A stretch of 64,000 nucleotides of DNA, taken from a bacterium. Lineage in GTDB: Bacteria; Zhuqueibacterota; Zhuqueibacteria; Residuimicrobiales; Krinioviventaceae. Where the stretch lies: positions 3,360,001 to 3,424,000 of the forward strand of contig OY843751.1 of assembly GCA_963693055.1 (NCBI GenBank), given 5' to 3'. Positions 1-9,859 of the stretch are shown here, in pieces; position 1 is the first letter of the stretch, and the number at the start of each line of letters is the position of its first letter. The notes beneath the pieces are model-generated. The model searched no databases and had not been told where the DNA came from. It saw only the letters and a list, made by a program, of their open reading frames with translations. The translations under genes and the position numbers were made by a program.

Positions 1-1189
1 CTGTGCCATAGTATAGATTTGTTTCAGGTCCGCTATCATCGATCAACAAGGATCTGCCGGCAAGTCCATCCATTCCCTCAACTTTGCGCTGCCATTCTGT
101 TTCATCTATATCTCGTTTATAAAATCCTTCTTCGGTACCCAGCAACACCTTGTTACCGTTCACCTGAATGCAATTAACGCTAATACATTCCAATCCGTTA
201 TTATCGGTCCGCCAGGTTTTACCGCCATCTTTGGTTTGAATTATACCTTGCGACGTACCCACAAACAGGGTACTGTCATTTGTCTGAACAATGGCACGAA
301 TGAGTTTATTAGGCAGAATATCCGGAGATATATTTTCCCATGTCTGACCATTGTCCACCGATTTATACAAACCATTAAAGAGTCCCGCATACAGTTCTCC
401 TTTTGTAAATGGACTGCAATACAAGGTTACCACCCGTTTATCGGATGTTATGGGAGAGATATTATTCCATTGCCCAATTCCCCGATTTGTATTGATATAA
501 ATTCCATTCAGCGTACAGGCATATAAATAATCACTGTTGTGTGGAGAGATGTACAATCCGGTTATGTCCGTTGAACCCAGACCGATATTATTTTCATGCC
601 AGGTTGTACCATTGTCAATTGTATAATGAAACCCCCAACCAAACATACTATTTCCACGATACAAACCGGTATATATAATATTCTCATCTTCCGGATGTGA
701 GACAATACTGGAATGAATGGCACCAGAACCCAAATAAAAAATAAGGAGCTCCCAGTTCTGTCCCTTGTCAGAGCTGTTATAAAAACCATGCTCTGTTGCA
801 ACCAGTACTCTATTGTGTAAATAATTAATATCAATTGTATTCTTTGATAAAAGAGCCGGAATAATTCTCTCTGTATCCAAAAGATACCTGGCCCAGGAAT
901 TCCCACCGTCACACGATCTGTAAATGCCACTTTGCTTTGTCGCTGCAAGTATCGTGTCTTTGCTGATACAACAAATGTCAGAAATGGCAGAACCCTGCGG
1001 GCCATAGGTTTCCCAGTCACTGGTATATGGCCCGGAATTGTTTATCGTTCTGTAATGCGGATTGAATGCATTTGTATCTCGATTAAAAACGCCCCAACGA
1101 TTGGGATTTTCAAACAAATTCAAATCAAGACCTAAAGCAATTTGACTTTGTAATAAAAGAACTAAACAACAGATTACATATTTGCTCAT
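1..1189 (-). CDS. Secreted BNR/Asp-box beta-propeller protein (VPS10/YCF48-like); runs off the window start; paralog of 1218..3563
   Basis: Absent from the ORF track, consistent with no in-frame stop inside the window. Hand translation from the ATG at 1189 gives MSKYVICCLVLLLQSQIALGLDLNLFENPNRWGVFNRDTNAF...GIYRSCDGGNSW. Near position 1 it reads DGGKTWRTDNNGL...VLLGTEEGFYKR, collinear with the neighbouring paralog. GGGGAG SD upstream. Confidence 0.85.
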   Translation of the reverse strand, partial: MSKYVICCLVLLLQSQIALGLDLNLFENPNRWGVFNRDTNAFNPHYRTINNSGPYTSDWETYGPQGSAISDICCISKDTILAATKQSGIYRSCDGGNSWARYLLDTERIIPALLSKNTIDINYLHNRVLVATEHGFYNSSDKGQNWELLIFYLGSGAIHSSIVSHPEDENIIYTGLYRGNSMFGWGFHYTIDNGTTWHENNIGLGSTDITGLYISPHNSDYLYACTLNGIYINTNRGIGQWNNISPITSDKRVVTLYCSPFTKGELYAGLFNGLYKSVDNGQTWENISPDILPNKLIRAIVQTNDSTLFVGTSQGIIQTKDGGKTWRTDNNGLECISVNCIQVNGNKVLLGTEEGFYKRDIDETEWQRKVEGMDGLAGRSLLIDDSGPETNLYYGT

Positions 1190-1213
1190 TACAACACTCC
1201 CCTGGTAAAAAAT
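1078..1213. repeat. 136-bp direct repeat, copy 1 (copy 2 at 3452..3587)
   Basis: Hand alignment at offset 2374 shows 2 mismatches (1089, 1105). 1106..1213 is identical to 3480..3587. Covers SD, ATG and signal peptide. Confidence 0.95.
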
Positions 1214-1217
1214 ATGA

Positions 1218-3563
1218 TCACGGCAAATACAACAGCTTGATAGTAGTTTGTTGATTGTTCACAATCAAGCGGCACACATAGAGTCCGGCGCTGACGGGTT
1301 GACCATTGTCATCATGTCCGTCCCAGGATTGGGTATACTGCCCGGCCGATCTGTATTCGTTCACTAGGGTGCGCACCTTTTGCCCCAACATATTATATAT
1401 AACGAGTTGTGTATTACCGTTTCTCGCAAGTTCATACTCTATCATTGTAGAGCTGTTAAAGGGGTTGGGATAGTTTTGCTTTAAACCAAATCTTCGAGGA
1501 ATGGCCGGGTCTTTTTCGTTAACCGAGGTGAGAACCCCCTTGTAACAAAGCAAACCGTTGCTGCTGGTAGCGATATAAAGAACATCAGGATCACCAGGAT
1601 CAAAATGTGCGTCGTAACACATTCCCGAGCCCGGGGGCAGCGACTCTTTAAATAACTGCCAGCTCTCACCCGCGTCATAACTGATACATACATCGGTTCC
1701 CGCGGTTACCACAATATTAGTATCAACCGGATTTACACACAAAGTAAAAGGTTCCGTATCCAAACTATCAGAATCAAAATCATTCCGGCTCCAGGTTACA
1801 CCCCTGTTTTTAGATTTAAAAATGCCTTGATACATATTTATCGCATAAACCGTATTTGAATCCAACGGATTTATCTCGATTTCGTTAATCAAATAAACAT
1901 CCTGACTAAACGGCCCCTCCGCAAGCTGCCAGTTTTCTCCCATATCCTGAGAAATGTAAATACCATTTGGATCTGTCTCCTTGTTACTAATAGTACCCAA
2001 AAGCAAAGTATTGTCAATCCGAACAATTCGGTTAACACCAATGTTCAGATTATCAAAAGATTTACTCTGCCATGCTTCTCCTCCATTATAAGAAACAAAC
2101 ATCCCATTATTGGTGCCCATAAACATGCGGCTTTCTTTACATTCACAAATAGTGTTTGGTGCACCAATCAAATCCTCTTTGAATTGGTATATTGTACCAA
2201 AATTTTTATTTGCAATATCATAGCGGAACAATGGCATGAGTGTATCATCATATTCTTGGTTATAACCGGTAACAGATAGCTGGTAAAACGATTCATTGTC
2301 ATTCGATACACACAAGTCTTCAATTCTGCAAAAACCACTATCCACATTAGCATCTTGCCAACCACTTCCGTCTGCCTTGAAATACATACCCGCCCCTAAT
2401 GTTCCGGCATAGATTACGGTACCGGTGTCTGTAGATATTAACTCAAAATCATTTATAGACATGGCATTTAAACCGTTTGTACGACGATACCAGATACTAT
2501 CTTTCAAAGATTTTGTATAAAGCCCTTCCCCAGTTCCAAGCCAGATTTCCTCGTCAACATATAAAAGCGTACGAACATAACAATTATTCAACCCTGTATG
2601 ATCAGTTTGCCAGCTTGTTCCACCATCTTTACTTTTAAAGAGACCATTTTGAGTACCCACATATAATATGCTGTCATCCATCGCAATAATATTGTGAATA
2701 ATAGTACCATTCGAAATTTCAGGATTGATATTCTGCCAATTCTTACCTCCGTTAACTGATTTGTACAACTCGGTATACAATCCCACATACATGATGTCAG
2801 AATTATTGGGATCAATGCACAAAGTAGTTACCGGTCCCGCTGGTAAATCATCGCCCACACGCTCCCATTCTACCAACCCGCTATTACGGTTTAAATACAG
2901 ACCATCCATGGTACAGGCGTATAACCAATCATGTTTATCAGGGGAAAAAACTAAATCCACAACATCAGCATTACTCAGGCCTTCATTATTGCAATCCCAA
3001 CTAATCCCTGAATCATTTGTGTACCATACACCTTGTAAACCAAACAAATCACTATATACACCCACATAATAGGTTAACGAATCCAAAGGGTCAACAATAA
3101 CATTGAATGCCCCAAAAGTGTTAAATAAAATCTGCCAGGATTCACCCAGGTCATCGCTGCAAAACAAACCAGCATCCGTCGACGCAAGAATACGATTTCC
3201 GGAAAAACAAACATCTCGCGCAACCATTGTATTGAACCACTTTTCATCAATAATCAATTTTTCCCAGCTCTGCCCCTTTTCATAGCTTTTATAAAAACCA
3301 GCCTGACCTGCACCAACAACCATAAAATCACTTTGTGAATCTATCGCCAGACATGAGACACGCCCGCCCTCAGGGCCCGTGAATTCCCAGGCACCGGTAT
3401 AAGACCCAGTACTTTCTACCACTCTAAAACACAGATTGAACGCATTTATGCCTCGATTAAAAGCGCCCCAACGATTGGTATTTTCAAACAAATTCAAATC
3501 AAGACCTAAAGCAATTTGACTTTGTAATAAAAGAACTAAACAACAGATTACATATTTGCTCAT
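1218..3563 (-). CDS. Secreted BNR/Asp-box beta-propeller protein with C-terminal FlgD-Ig/T9SS-type sorting domain
   Basis: Repeated SxDxGxSW boxes (SDDLGESW, SKDGGTSW, SQDMGENW, SYDAGESW). C-terminal QNYPNPFN...IYNMLGQKVRTL...WDG. Signal peptide. Start moved to the ATG at 3563 behind a GGGGAG SD. Confidence 0.85.
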   Translation of the reverse strand: MSKYVICCLVLLLQSQIALGLDLNLFENTNRWGAFNRGINAFNLCFRVVESTGSYTGAWEFTGPEGGRVSCLAIDSQSDFMVVGAGQAGFYKSYEKGQSWEKLIIDEKWFNTMVARDVCFSGNRILASTDAGLFCSDDLGESWQILFNTFGAFNVIVDPLDSLTYYVGVYSDLFGLQGVWYTNDSGISWDCNNEGLSNADVVDLVFSPDKHDWLYACTMDGLYLNRNSGLVEWERVGDDLPAGPVTTLCIDPNNSDIMYVGLYTELYKSVNGGKNWQNINPEISNGTIIHNIIAMDDSILYVGTQNGLFKSKDGGTSWQTDHTGLNNCYVRTLLYVDEEIWLGTGEGLYTKSLKDSIWYRRTNGLNAMSINDFELISTDTGTVIYAGTLGAGMYFKADGSGWQDANVDSGFCRIEDLCVSNDNESFYQLSVTGYNQEYDDTLMPLFRYDIANKNFGTIYQFKEDLIGAPNTICECKESRMFMGTNNGMFVSYNGGEAWQSKSFDNLNIGVNRIVRIDNTLLLGTISNKETDPNGIYISQDMGENWQLAEGPFSQDVYLINEIEINPLDSNTVYAINMYQGIFKSKNRGVTWSRNDFDSDSLDTEPFTLCVNPVDTNIVVTAGTDVCISYDAGESWQLFKESLPPGSGMCYDAHFDPGDPDVLYIATSSNGLLCYKGVLTSVNEKDPAIPRRFGLKQNYPNPFNSSTMIEYELARNGNTQLVIYNMLGQKVRTLVNEYRSAGQYTQSWDGHDDNGQPVSAGLYVCRLIVNNQQTTIKLLYLP

Positions 3564-3587
3564 TACAACACTCCCCTGGTAAAAAAT
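3452..3587. repeat. 136-bp direct repeat, copy 2
   Basis: Matches 1078..1213 with 2 mismatches. Confidence 0.95.
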
Positions 3588-3761
3588 TATGTTCATGGCG
3601 CAATAAATAATTTATTGATTGTTTAAAGTTAAACAACACAACAAAATAACAATATAACCATACGCATTTTACACACCAGACACCCCCAAATGGATATTAT
3701 GGTTTGGAATTACATTATAAATGCCTAACTTTTATTATTGTTCCCCATAAAACACATTTTC

Positions 3762-3803
3762 TTGATCTACATCAAGGAAATATATCTAAAAAACAGGTAT
3801 ATT
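3762..3803 (+). promoter_or_regulatory. FNR/Crp-family box (TTGAT-CTAC-ATCAA) with class II -10 element
   Basis: Perfect TTGAT-N4-ATCAA at 3762..3775. TATATT at 3798..3803 would place the box centre at about -41.5. Confidence 0.7.
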
Positions 3804-3833
3804 TCTATACATCATATAGCAGGAGGAGACGTA

Positions 3834-4091
3834 ATGACATCAACCAAAGTAACCTCTAAAACCAACAGTAAGGTCAGTCAATATGACTCGTTTACAGTAC
3901 GGGTTATGGACTGTCTGGACGAATTGTACACAACCGCTGTAAGGCTGACAAAAGACATGCCGAAAGCGGAACAGCTTGTACAAACCACTCTTGAAAAGGG
4001 AGCTAAAATTTACAAACCAGAAAGCTCGGCAGTTATTCGTGTTTGGCTTTTGGAAATCATGACGCAAACCTATTACGCATCCGCAAACTAG
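3834..4091 (+). CDS. Small protein resembling an isolated ECF sigma-70 region 2 domain (85 aa)
   Basis: AGGAGG SD before the ATG at 3834. LDELYTTAVRLTKDMPKAEQLVQTT...IRVWLLEIMTQTY parallels the ECF sigma2 pattern LYxxAxRLTxxxxDAEDLVQE...FxAWLxRIxxN. No region 4. Confidence 0.6.
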   Translation: MTSTKVTSKTNSKVSQYDSFTVRVMDCLDELYTTAVRLTKDMPKAEQLVQTTLEKGAKIYKPESSAVIRVWLLEIMTQTYYASAN

Positions 4092-4106
4092 ATCCATTGC
4101 GAGGCT

Positions 4107-5177
4107 ATGAAATCACTAAAATCATTGATACTCTGGCTGGGATTCGATTTTAGCCGTAACAAATTTACAATTCAGCCCTGGCGGCGTGTGGTTCAGTATC
4201 TGTTTTTGCTTACGCTGATTTGGATTGGGGTCCAGTTTAGCATTTGGATAGACCAATTGCAAAATGGACAAACACCGGGTGTCAGCCGTCCTCCGGGTGT
4301 AGAAGGGTTTCTGCCTATCAGCGCGCTTATGAGTTTGAAATACTGGGTATTAACCGGGGTATTCAATACAATCCACCCATCATCACTTGTCATTCTAATC
4401 ATCGTTATAGTGATGGCAGTGACACTGAAAAAAGCTTTTTGCTCATGGGTGTGCCCTTTTGGATTACTGTCCGAATATCTTGCCAAAATCCATGTTTGGT
4501 TGTTTGACCGTCCCCGTCAATTGCCACGCTGGATCGATTATCCGCTTCGCTCTATTAAATACCTGCTGCTGCTCTTTTTTGTATGGGCCATTTTTGCAGG
4601 CATGGATGTAACCGCGTTAAAGAAATTTATCTACAGTCCATACAACCGGGTGGCTGATATTAAAATGTACCAATTCTTTGCAGATCCCTCCAATCTTACA
4701 ATTTATGTACTGATTGGGTTGGTATTGTTATCCATTCTTGTTCGGCATTTCTGGTGTCGGTATCTCTGTCCCTATGGCGCCATGCTGGGGGCATTGAGCT
4801 GGATAAGCCTGTACAAAATCAGACGTAACACAACAACCTGTATCGACTGTGAGAAATGTACAAAGGTTTGCCCTTCAAACATTGTTGTTCATAAAGTCAA
4901 AAGCGCACACAGCGATGAATGCCATGCATGCATGCAGTGTGTGGATGCATGTCCGGTCAAAGACACGCTATACCTGTCTGCTCTGGGTAACAAGCTCCGT
5001 TTACGCAAATGGATGCCGTTAATCATTGTACTCTTGTTCCTGGGTGGCAGCCTGATTGCACGGGGACTCGGACTCTGGCAAAACTCAATCTCTACAGAAG
5101 AGTATAAATCCCATATCAAAAATATCAACTCTCCCATGTATCACCATGCCCGCGGGCAGGTGCCAAATTATGAATAA
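4107..5177 (+). CDS. Membrane 4Fe-4S ferredoxin-type protein (NapH/MauN/YccM family)
   Basis: TM helices, two CxxxCP motifs (FCSWVCPFG, WCRYLCPYG) and two CxxCxxCxxxCP clusters. Confidence 0.85.
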   Translation: MKSLKSLILWLGFDFSRNKFTIQPWRRVVQYLFLLTLIWIGVQFSIWIDQLQNGQTPGVSRPPGVEGFLPISALMSLKYWVLTGVFNTIHPSSLVILIIVIVMAVTLKKAFCSWVCPFGLLSEYLAKIHVWLFDRPRQLPRWIDYPLRSIKYLLLLFFVWAIFAGMDVTALKKFIYSPYNRVADIKMYQFFADPSNLTIYVLIGLVLLSILVRHFWCRYLCPYGAMLGALSWISLYKIRRNTTTCIDCEKCTKVCPSNIVVHKVKSAHSDECHACMQCVDACPVKDTLYLSALGNKLRLRKWMPLIIVLLFLGGSLIARGLGLWQNSISTEEYKSHIKNINSPMYHHARGQVPNYE

Positions 5178-5182
5178 ATAAA

Positions 5183-5216
5183 AAAAAGGCGTCCTCCACA
5201 AACAAGACGCCTTTTT
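5183..5216. terminator. Bidirectional intrinsic terminator
   Basis: AAAAAGGCGTC...GACGCCTTTTT inverted repeat between convergent genes. Confidence 0.75.
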
Positions 5217-5237
5217 CTCGGAGGAATTGGGTATTTT

Positions 5238-7190
5238 TTATTGGGTAAGGTTAAATGTATTTACAAGATCACTCATCTGCTTTGCTTGCTGCGACAACTC
5301 TTTGGCGGAACTTGCAGACTCTTCCGCATTTGCAGCGTTTTGTTGAGTGATTCCGTTCATCTGTTCTACGGCACTATTGATCTGTTCCAGTCCATCATTT
5401 TGTTGCTCAGAAGCGGCCGCAATCTCTGCCATAATTTCACTAAACTTTACTACTTTTTCGGTTATCTCTTGTAGGTTTTCAAGCACCTGCTCATTCAGAG
5501 ATACACCTTCACTGGTATTACGAATTGAATCTTCAATCAATTGGGATGTTTCCCTTGCAGATTCGGCGCTGCGCTGCGCAAGGTTTCTCACCTCTTCCGC
5601 AACAACTGCAAATCCTTTACCTGCTTCACCGGCACGTGCTGCCTCAACCGCTGCATTCAATGCAAGCAAATTGGTTTGAAATGCAAGTTCATCAATCGTC
5701 TTGACCACTTTGGAAGATTCATCGGATGATGTTTTTATTTTGCCTATAGCTTCAGAAAGCTGCTCCATGCTTTTCATACCTTTTTCAGTGCTAGTCTTGG
5801 CAGAGTGTGTTAAATTGTTAGCAACCTGGGCATTACTGCTGTTCTGCTTGATCATTGAAAGCATTTCCTGCAAGCTACTTGCAATCTCTTCCAGAGAGCT
5901 GGCCTGTTCGGTTGCGCCCTGAGCGGTGGACAAGCTGCTGTCATCTATCTGTGCGGATGCCGAAGCAACCTGTGATGCTCCTCTGGCAACATCCAGCATG
6001 GCTTTATCGAGATTTTCAACAGCATCATTCAATGAATTTTTAATCATTGCATGATCACCACGATACTCCCCATTCATTCGGGCATGCAAATGACGGTCAG
6101 CCACTTTGGCAAGCACAGCCGAAGCTTCATTGATAGGTGTTAGCACTGAATCCAGTGTATTGTTTACACCTTCTATAATGGATTTAAAACTACCATTATG
6201 AAATGAGCTTTCTATACGATAAGACAGTTCTCCATTTTGAGCAGATTGAGCGAGTTGGTTAATATCATTGACCATCAATTCAATACTGGATTTCATGGTC
6301 TTCATTGAAAGACCCAGGGTATCCTGATCGGATGCCAGGTTTATATCATAACTCAGATCACCATTCGATATTTTTTCGGCCATCTTTGCTTTATCTTGTA
6401 ATGCAATATTCAAAGTTTTAAAGGCATTTGCCAATTTACCTACTTCATCTTTTTGGTCAATATGTATTTCATTGTCCAGATTTCCTTTGCCAATTTCCTG
6501 TGCAATATTTGTAATGAGCTTTAAAGGTTTGGCAACACCTTGCCCTATTACAATAATCAACACAACGCCACTAAGAAAGCCAAACAAAATAACAAAAATC
6601 AACCCAAGAGATTTTGCTTTATAATCTTTTGTTGATACATTATGAGCATCAGAAGCTTTTTGTAATAAAATTTCCGTAATTACATTTAAATGTTCTCTGG
6701 CTGTATTAAATTTATCATTGGCCTCTGAGAGTGAGAGCTGTATTGCATTTTCTTTACTCACCTCATCACCGTTTTGGCAGAGATCAATTACACGCTGAGA
6801 AACCTGTTGCCATTCTTTAAAATCACTCTCAAATTGAGGGATAATTTCATGTTCACGATCTGAAGTAGCCAGCTTGGTATAATTTGTCCAACGTTCATAG
6901 GTCTGATCAACATTTTCCAGATAATCTGCTACAAATTGTTTAAATACTTCTGTACCACTCGTTTCAAAAAATAGAGAGCGTTCAGCAACCAATGCTTGCT
7001 GCATATCACGGTCTGCTTCAATCAAATAGTCCATACCGGGCATGCTGATTGAAAAGATTTCATCTAATGTTTTATCAATTTTTGACATGCTGCTGTATCC
7101 TACCAGTCCTACAATAACCAGCAGCAAAATCATGAGAGAAAATCCTATAGTTAGTTTAATTCCAATTCCAAGATTATTTACAATTTTCAT
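5238..7190 (-). CDS. Methyl-accepting chemotaxis protein (four-helix sensor, HAMP domains, MA domain)
   Basis: Two TM helices flanking a periplasmic domain, HAMP (DEVGKLA) and the hairpin tip [41 protein letters not shown]. Confidence 0.95.
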   Translation of the reverse strand: MKIVNNLGIGIKLTIGFSLMILLLVIVGLVGYSSMSKIDKTLDEIFSISMPGMDYLIEADRDMQQALVAERSLFFETSGTEVFKQFVADYLENVDQTYERWTNYTKLATSDREHEIIPQFESDFKEWQQVSQRVIDLCQNGDEVSKENAIQLSLSEANDKFNTAREHLNVITEILLQKASDAHNVSTKDYKAKSLGLIFVILFGFLSGVVLIIVIGQGVAKPLKLITNIAQEIGKGNLDNEIHIDQKDEVGKLANAFKTLNIALQDKAKMAEKISNGDLSYDINLASDQDTLGLSMKTMKSSIELMVNDINQLAQSAQNGELSYRIESSFHNGSFKSIIEGVNNTLDSVLTPINEASAVLAKVADRHLHARMNGEYRGDHAMIKNSLNDAVENLDKAMLDVARGASQVASASAQIDDSSLSTAQGATEQASSLEEIASSLQEMLSMIKQNSSNAQVANNLTHSAKTSTEKGMKSMEQLSEAIGKIKTSSDESSKVVKTIDELAFQTNLLALNAAVEAARAGEAGKGFAVVAEEVRNLAQRSAESARETSQLIEDSIRNTSEGVSLNEQVLENLQEITEKVVKFSEIMAEIAAASEQQNDGLEQINSAVEQMNGITQQNAANAEESASSAKELSQQAKQMSDLVNTFNLTQ

Positions 7191-7213
7191 TTCAAACTCC
7201 TCAGATCAATATA

Positions 7214-8197
7214 TTAGAATGCACCCTGGAATAAAAATTGGACTGAATCAGCCCCATCCAAATCAGACATCACATAGTTAAATTGAATTTTAGATTGTTT
7301 ACGAACATCAGGATTTAAAAAGATATTAAATCCCACTGTTACAAAAGACTGATCTTTACTATTATCTGTAAGATCATTAGACTCGTACTTGACGATCGGC
7401 TGCAAAAAGGGTTTTAATAAATATCCGGCTTGAGCATAATACACAACTCCATCAGAAGCATCTGCCTGAAAATCATCACGTGTCATATACTCTCCTTTTA
7501 ATTCAATCTTTTTAACAGGTGTTAGTTGTATACCCACACCGGCCACGTTTACATTTTCCTGACCTTCAACACTGGTCAAAGCAGAACCCCAGTATGCTTC
7601 TGCATGCAGTTTTTTCGATGGGTCCACATTCACACGTCCAACCAAAGTATAATCATTACCAACAGCAGGATCACCAACGTCGATTGCTTTACTGGGGCCG
7701 GCATTAAAAACACCCGCAGCAAAGCCAAAACCATATTTTCCAATACCACTCATATGCAGCATGGCACCGGTATCAAAATGGAAAATAAACTTTTGCGCAT
7801 AACCACGTTTAACAAAATCCAGACTGTGAGCACCGGTATTCCACTCCATGCCAATGGGCGTTTTCATCTTTCCAACCGACAAACGGAGCTTTTTGTATGG
7901 TTTTACAGTAACCATAGCATAATTGATTAGCTTGGGGGTATCTCCATCAGGACCAATGCCCTCGGGAGAATCAATAACATCAATCAATAATTTGTAATCC
8001 ATATATTCATTCAGAGCCCCGGAGAGTCCAAATCGAACACGTTCAAATCCAAATACAAATGCTTTATTGTCCTCAGATTTAATAATACTGGTTTGAGTAT
8101 ATCCACCCCATTTTAATGTAGGCTTATCCTGAGAAAAAGTAATCTGCGACAAGGACAGGATGAAAACAAATAGCAACAATACCCAAGTTTTTAACAT
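7214..8197 (-). CDS. Outer-membrane porin (phosphate-selective porin O/P-like)
   Basis: Signal peptide, FERVRFGLSG and VGKMKTPIGME motifs, alternating beta-strands, C-terminal Phe. Confidence 0.7.
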   Translation of the reverse strand: MLKTWVLLLFVFILSLSQITFSQDKPTLKWGGYTQTSIIKSEDNKAFVFGFERVRFGLSGALNEYMDYKLLIDVIDSPEGIGPDGDTPKLINYAMVTVKPYKKLRLSVGKMKTPIGMEWNTGAHSLDFVKRGYAQKFIFHFDTGAMLHMSGIGKYGFGFAAGVFNAGPSKAIDVGDPAVGNDYTLVGRVNVDPSKKLHAEAYWGSALTSVEGQENVNVAGVGIQLTPVKKIELKGEYMTRDDFQADASDGVVYYAQAGYLLKPFLQPIVKYESNDLTDNSKDQSFVTVGFNIFLNPDVRKQSKIQFNYVMSDLDGADSVQFLFQGAF

Positions 8198-8309
8198 AAT
8201 ACTACTCCTTTACTGTAAATATCTTTGGGACACAATTCCAGAATTTCAGAATTGAATCAAACCAAAAGACATTCACAAATTTATACTAATAAACGACAAT
8301 GAACTCCAC

Positions 8310-8324
8310 TCAAAATGCATGCCA
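8310..8324 (-). promoter_or_regulatory. Possible sigma-54 (-24/-12) promoter for the porin-MCP pair
   Basis: Minus strand TGGCATGCATTTTGA versus consensus TGGCACGNNNNTTGC. The conserved -12 C is replaced by A. Confidence 0.35.
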
Positions 8325-8677
8325 CAAATATAAATCATTTAAGAACTGATATTTAAGTGCCGCGATTCACTACACTAAAACTTTTTCTTGCTTTACAGGA
8401 AACCACAATTACTGCGAAAAATATATAAAAATTCATACATTTCAACCACTTCTTTAAAAAGCATTCCTGCAAATTGCGTCATAAATAATTGCATAAACCT
8501 AAATCATTCCCAAGATGAAACATAATACAAAAATTCAGAAAAATAGTTCACATATAGATACATTTTTCTCTCAAATGTCAGTATTTTTTAAGAAATTTTT
8601 AATTGATATAAACGTTTTATAATTTAAGAACGTCTAATATTCAAGTAACCAAAAAACAAAACGTCAACGAGGGGTAT

Positions 8678-9790
8678 ATGATTGGGGAAAAGTTGCGTTC
8701 CGTTTCAAGAATGAGCATTATATATTTATGTATTCAAACGTTTACAGCAAACGCAAATATTATGGGGTCAATAACTGACAGTAAAACAAACGAGCCCATT
8801 TATTTTTCAAACATTTTTCTGGCAAACACCACAATTGGAGCCACATCAGACAAAAATGGAAACTTTGAAATTCACCACTATCCCCCGGGTGAGTATGAAC
8901 TTGTAGTGCACCATATTGGATATAAACCCTATAGTCAAATGATACAATTACACAGAAACAAAGACATTCACCTGAGCATCATGCTTGATCAAAGAATCAT
9001 AAAAGGAGATACGGTAACTGTAACTGCTGAAAATCCTAAAGAGTGGAAAAAGTATCTTGATCATTTTATTAAACACTTTATTGGGAATTCTCCTAATGCC
9101 ATTCACACCCGGATCCTTAATCCGGAACGAATCGATCTCGAGTTTGATAAAAATACCGGATACCTCACTGCCAAGTGCGATACATTCATTCAAATCGAAA
9201 ACAATAACCTGGGTTACGAGCTGGATGTTTTGCTGCTTGATTTTAAATGGTATGATATTGATTTGCATGAAAAATTTTATGGCAAGGAGAAAAAGTCAAA
9301 ACCCATCAGTTATTTTTTAGCTAAACCCTTGTTCAAAGAGCAAGACCCTGAAAATAAAAAACAACTATTGTATTGGCAAAAAAAACGCCAAGAGACCTAC
9401 AAGGGATCATTCAGGCACTTTTTGTCTTGTGCAGTAAATGACGATCTGGAGAAAGAATCATTTCATATTTCACGAGACGGACTCTCACTCCCTCATGACA
9501 GTCTTTATATTACAGACATGGATACATTGGGAAATTTTAAATTAAGTTTTAATGGAACAATTACGGTTCATTATACCAACAGAATCCCCCATGAAAAGAA
9601 TATTATAAAGCTCTATACAGAATGCCTGAAATGTAATGCAAGAGGCAAACAGGTTGCATTTGGTCCGCTGGATGTCATAAAAAAAGGTAAATGGGGTCAG
9701 GAACGTACAGCGGACTGGCTCCCTTTTGATTATACTCCGGAATATACAATCAATCAACTGTTTCTATACAAAGATTTACCTAGCTTTTAA
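8678..9790 (+). CDS. Carboxypeptidase-regulatory-like (CarbopepD_reg_2) domain protein
   Basis: GSITDSKTNEPIYFSNIFLANTTIGATSDKNGNFEI...GEYELVVHHIGY transthyretin-like domain. GAGGGG SD. Confidence 0.75.
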   Translation: MIGEKLRSVSRMSIIYLCIQTFTANANIMGSITDSKTNEPIYFSNIFLANTTIGATSDKNGNFEIHHYPPGEYELVVHHIGYKPYSQMIQLHRNKDIHLSIMLDQRIIKGDTVTVTAENPKEWKKYLDHFIKHFIGNSPNAIHTRILNPERIDLEFDKNTGYLTAKCDTFIQIENNNLGYELDVLLLDFKWYDIDLHEKFYGKEKKSKPISYFLAKPLFKEQDPENKKQLLYWQKKRQETYKGSFRHFLSCAVNDDLEKESFHISRDGLSLPHDSLYITDMDTLGNFKLSFNGTITVHYTNRIPHEKNIIKLYTECLKCNARGKQVAFGPLDVIKKGKWGQERTADWLPFDYTPEYTINQLFLYKDLPSF

Positions 9791-9859
9791 GCTGGATAAA
9801 TAATTGATATCAACAATATTTCCATAATTCTAGAAATATGATAACTTGAGGGGTAAATT

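Noticed and set aside
236-1135. ORF-track calls 236..526, 562..1020 and 932..1135
   Set aside because: All overlap the real minus-strand propeller gene (1..1189) in other frames and have no recognisable motifs.
1078-3587. Diversity-generating retroelement TR/VR pair
   Set aside because: The repeats lie at gene 5' ends, the mismatches are not adenine-specific (one A/C and one C/T on the coding strand), and there is no reverse transcriptase in the window.
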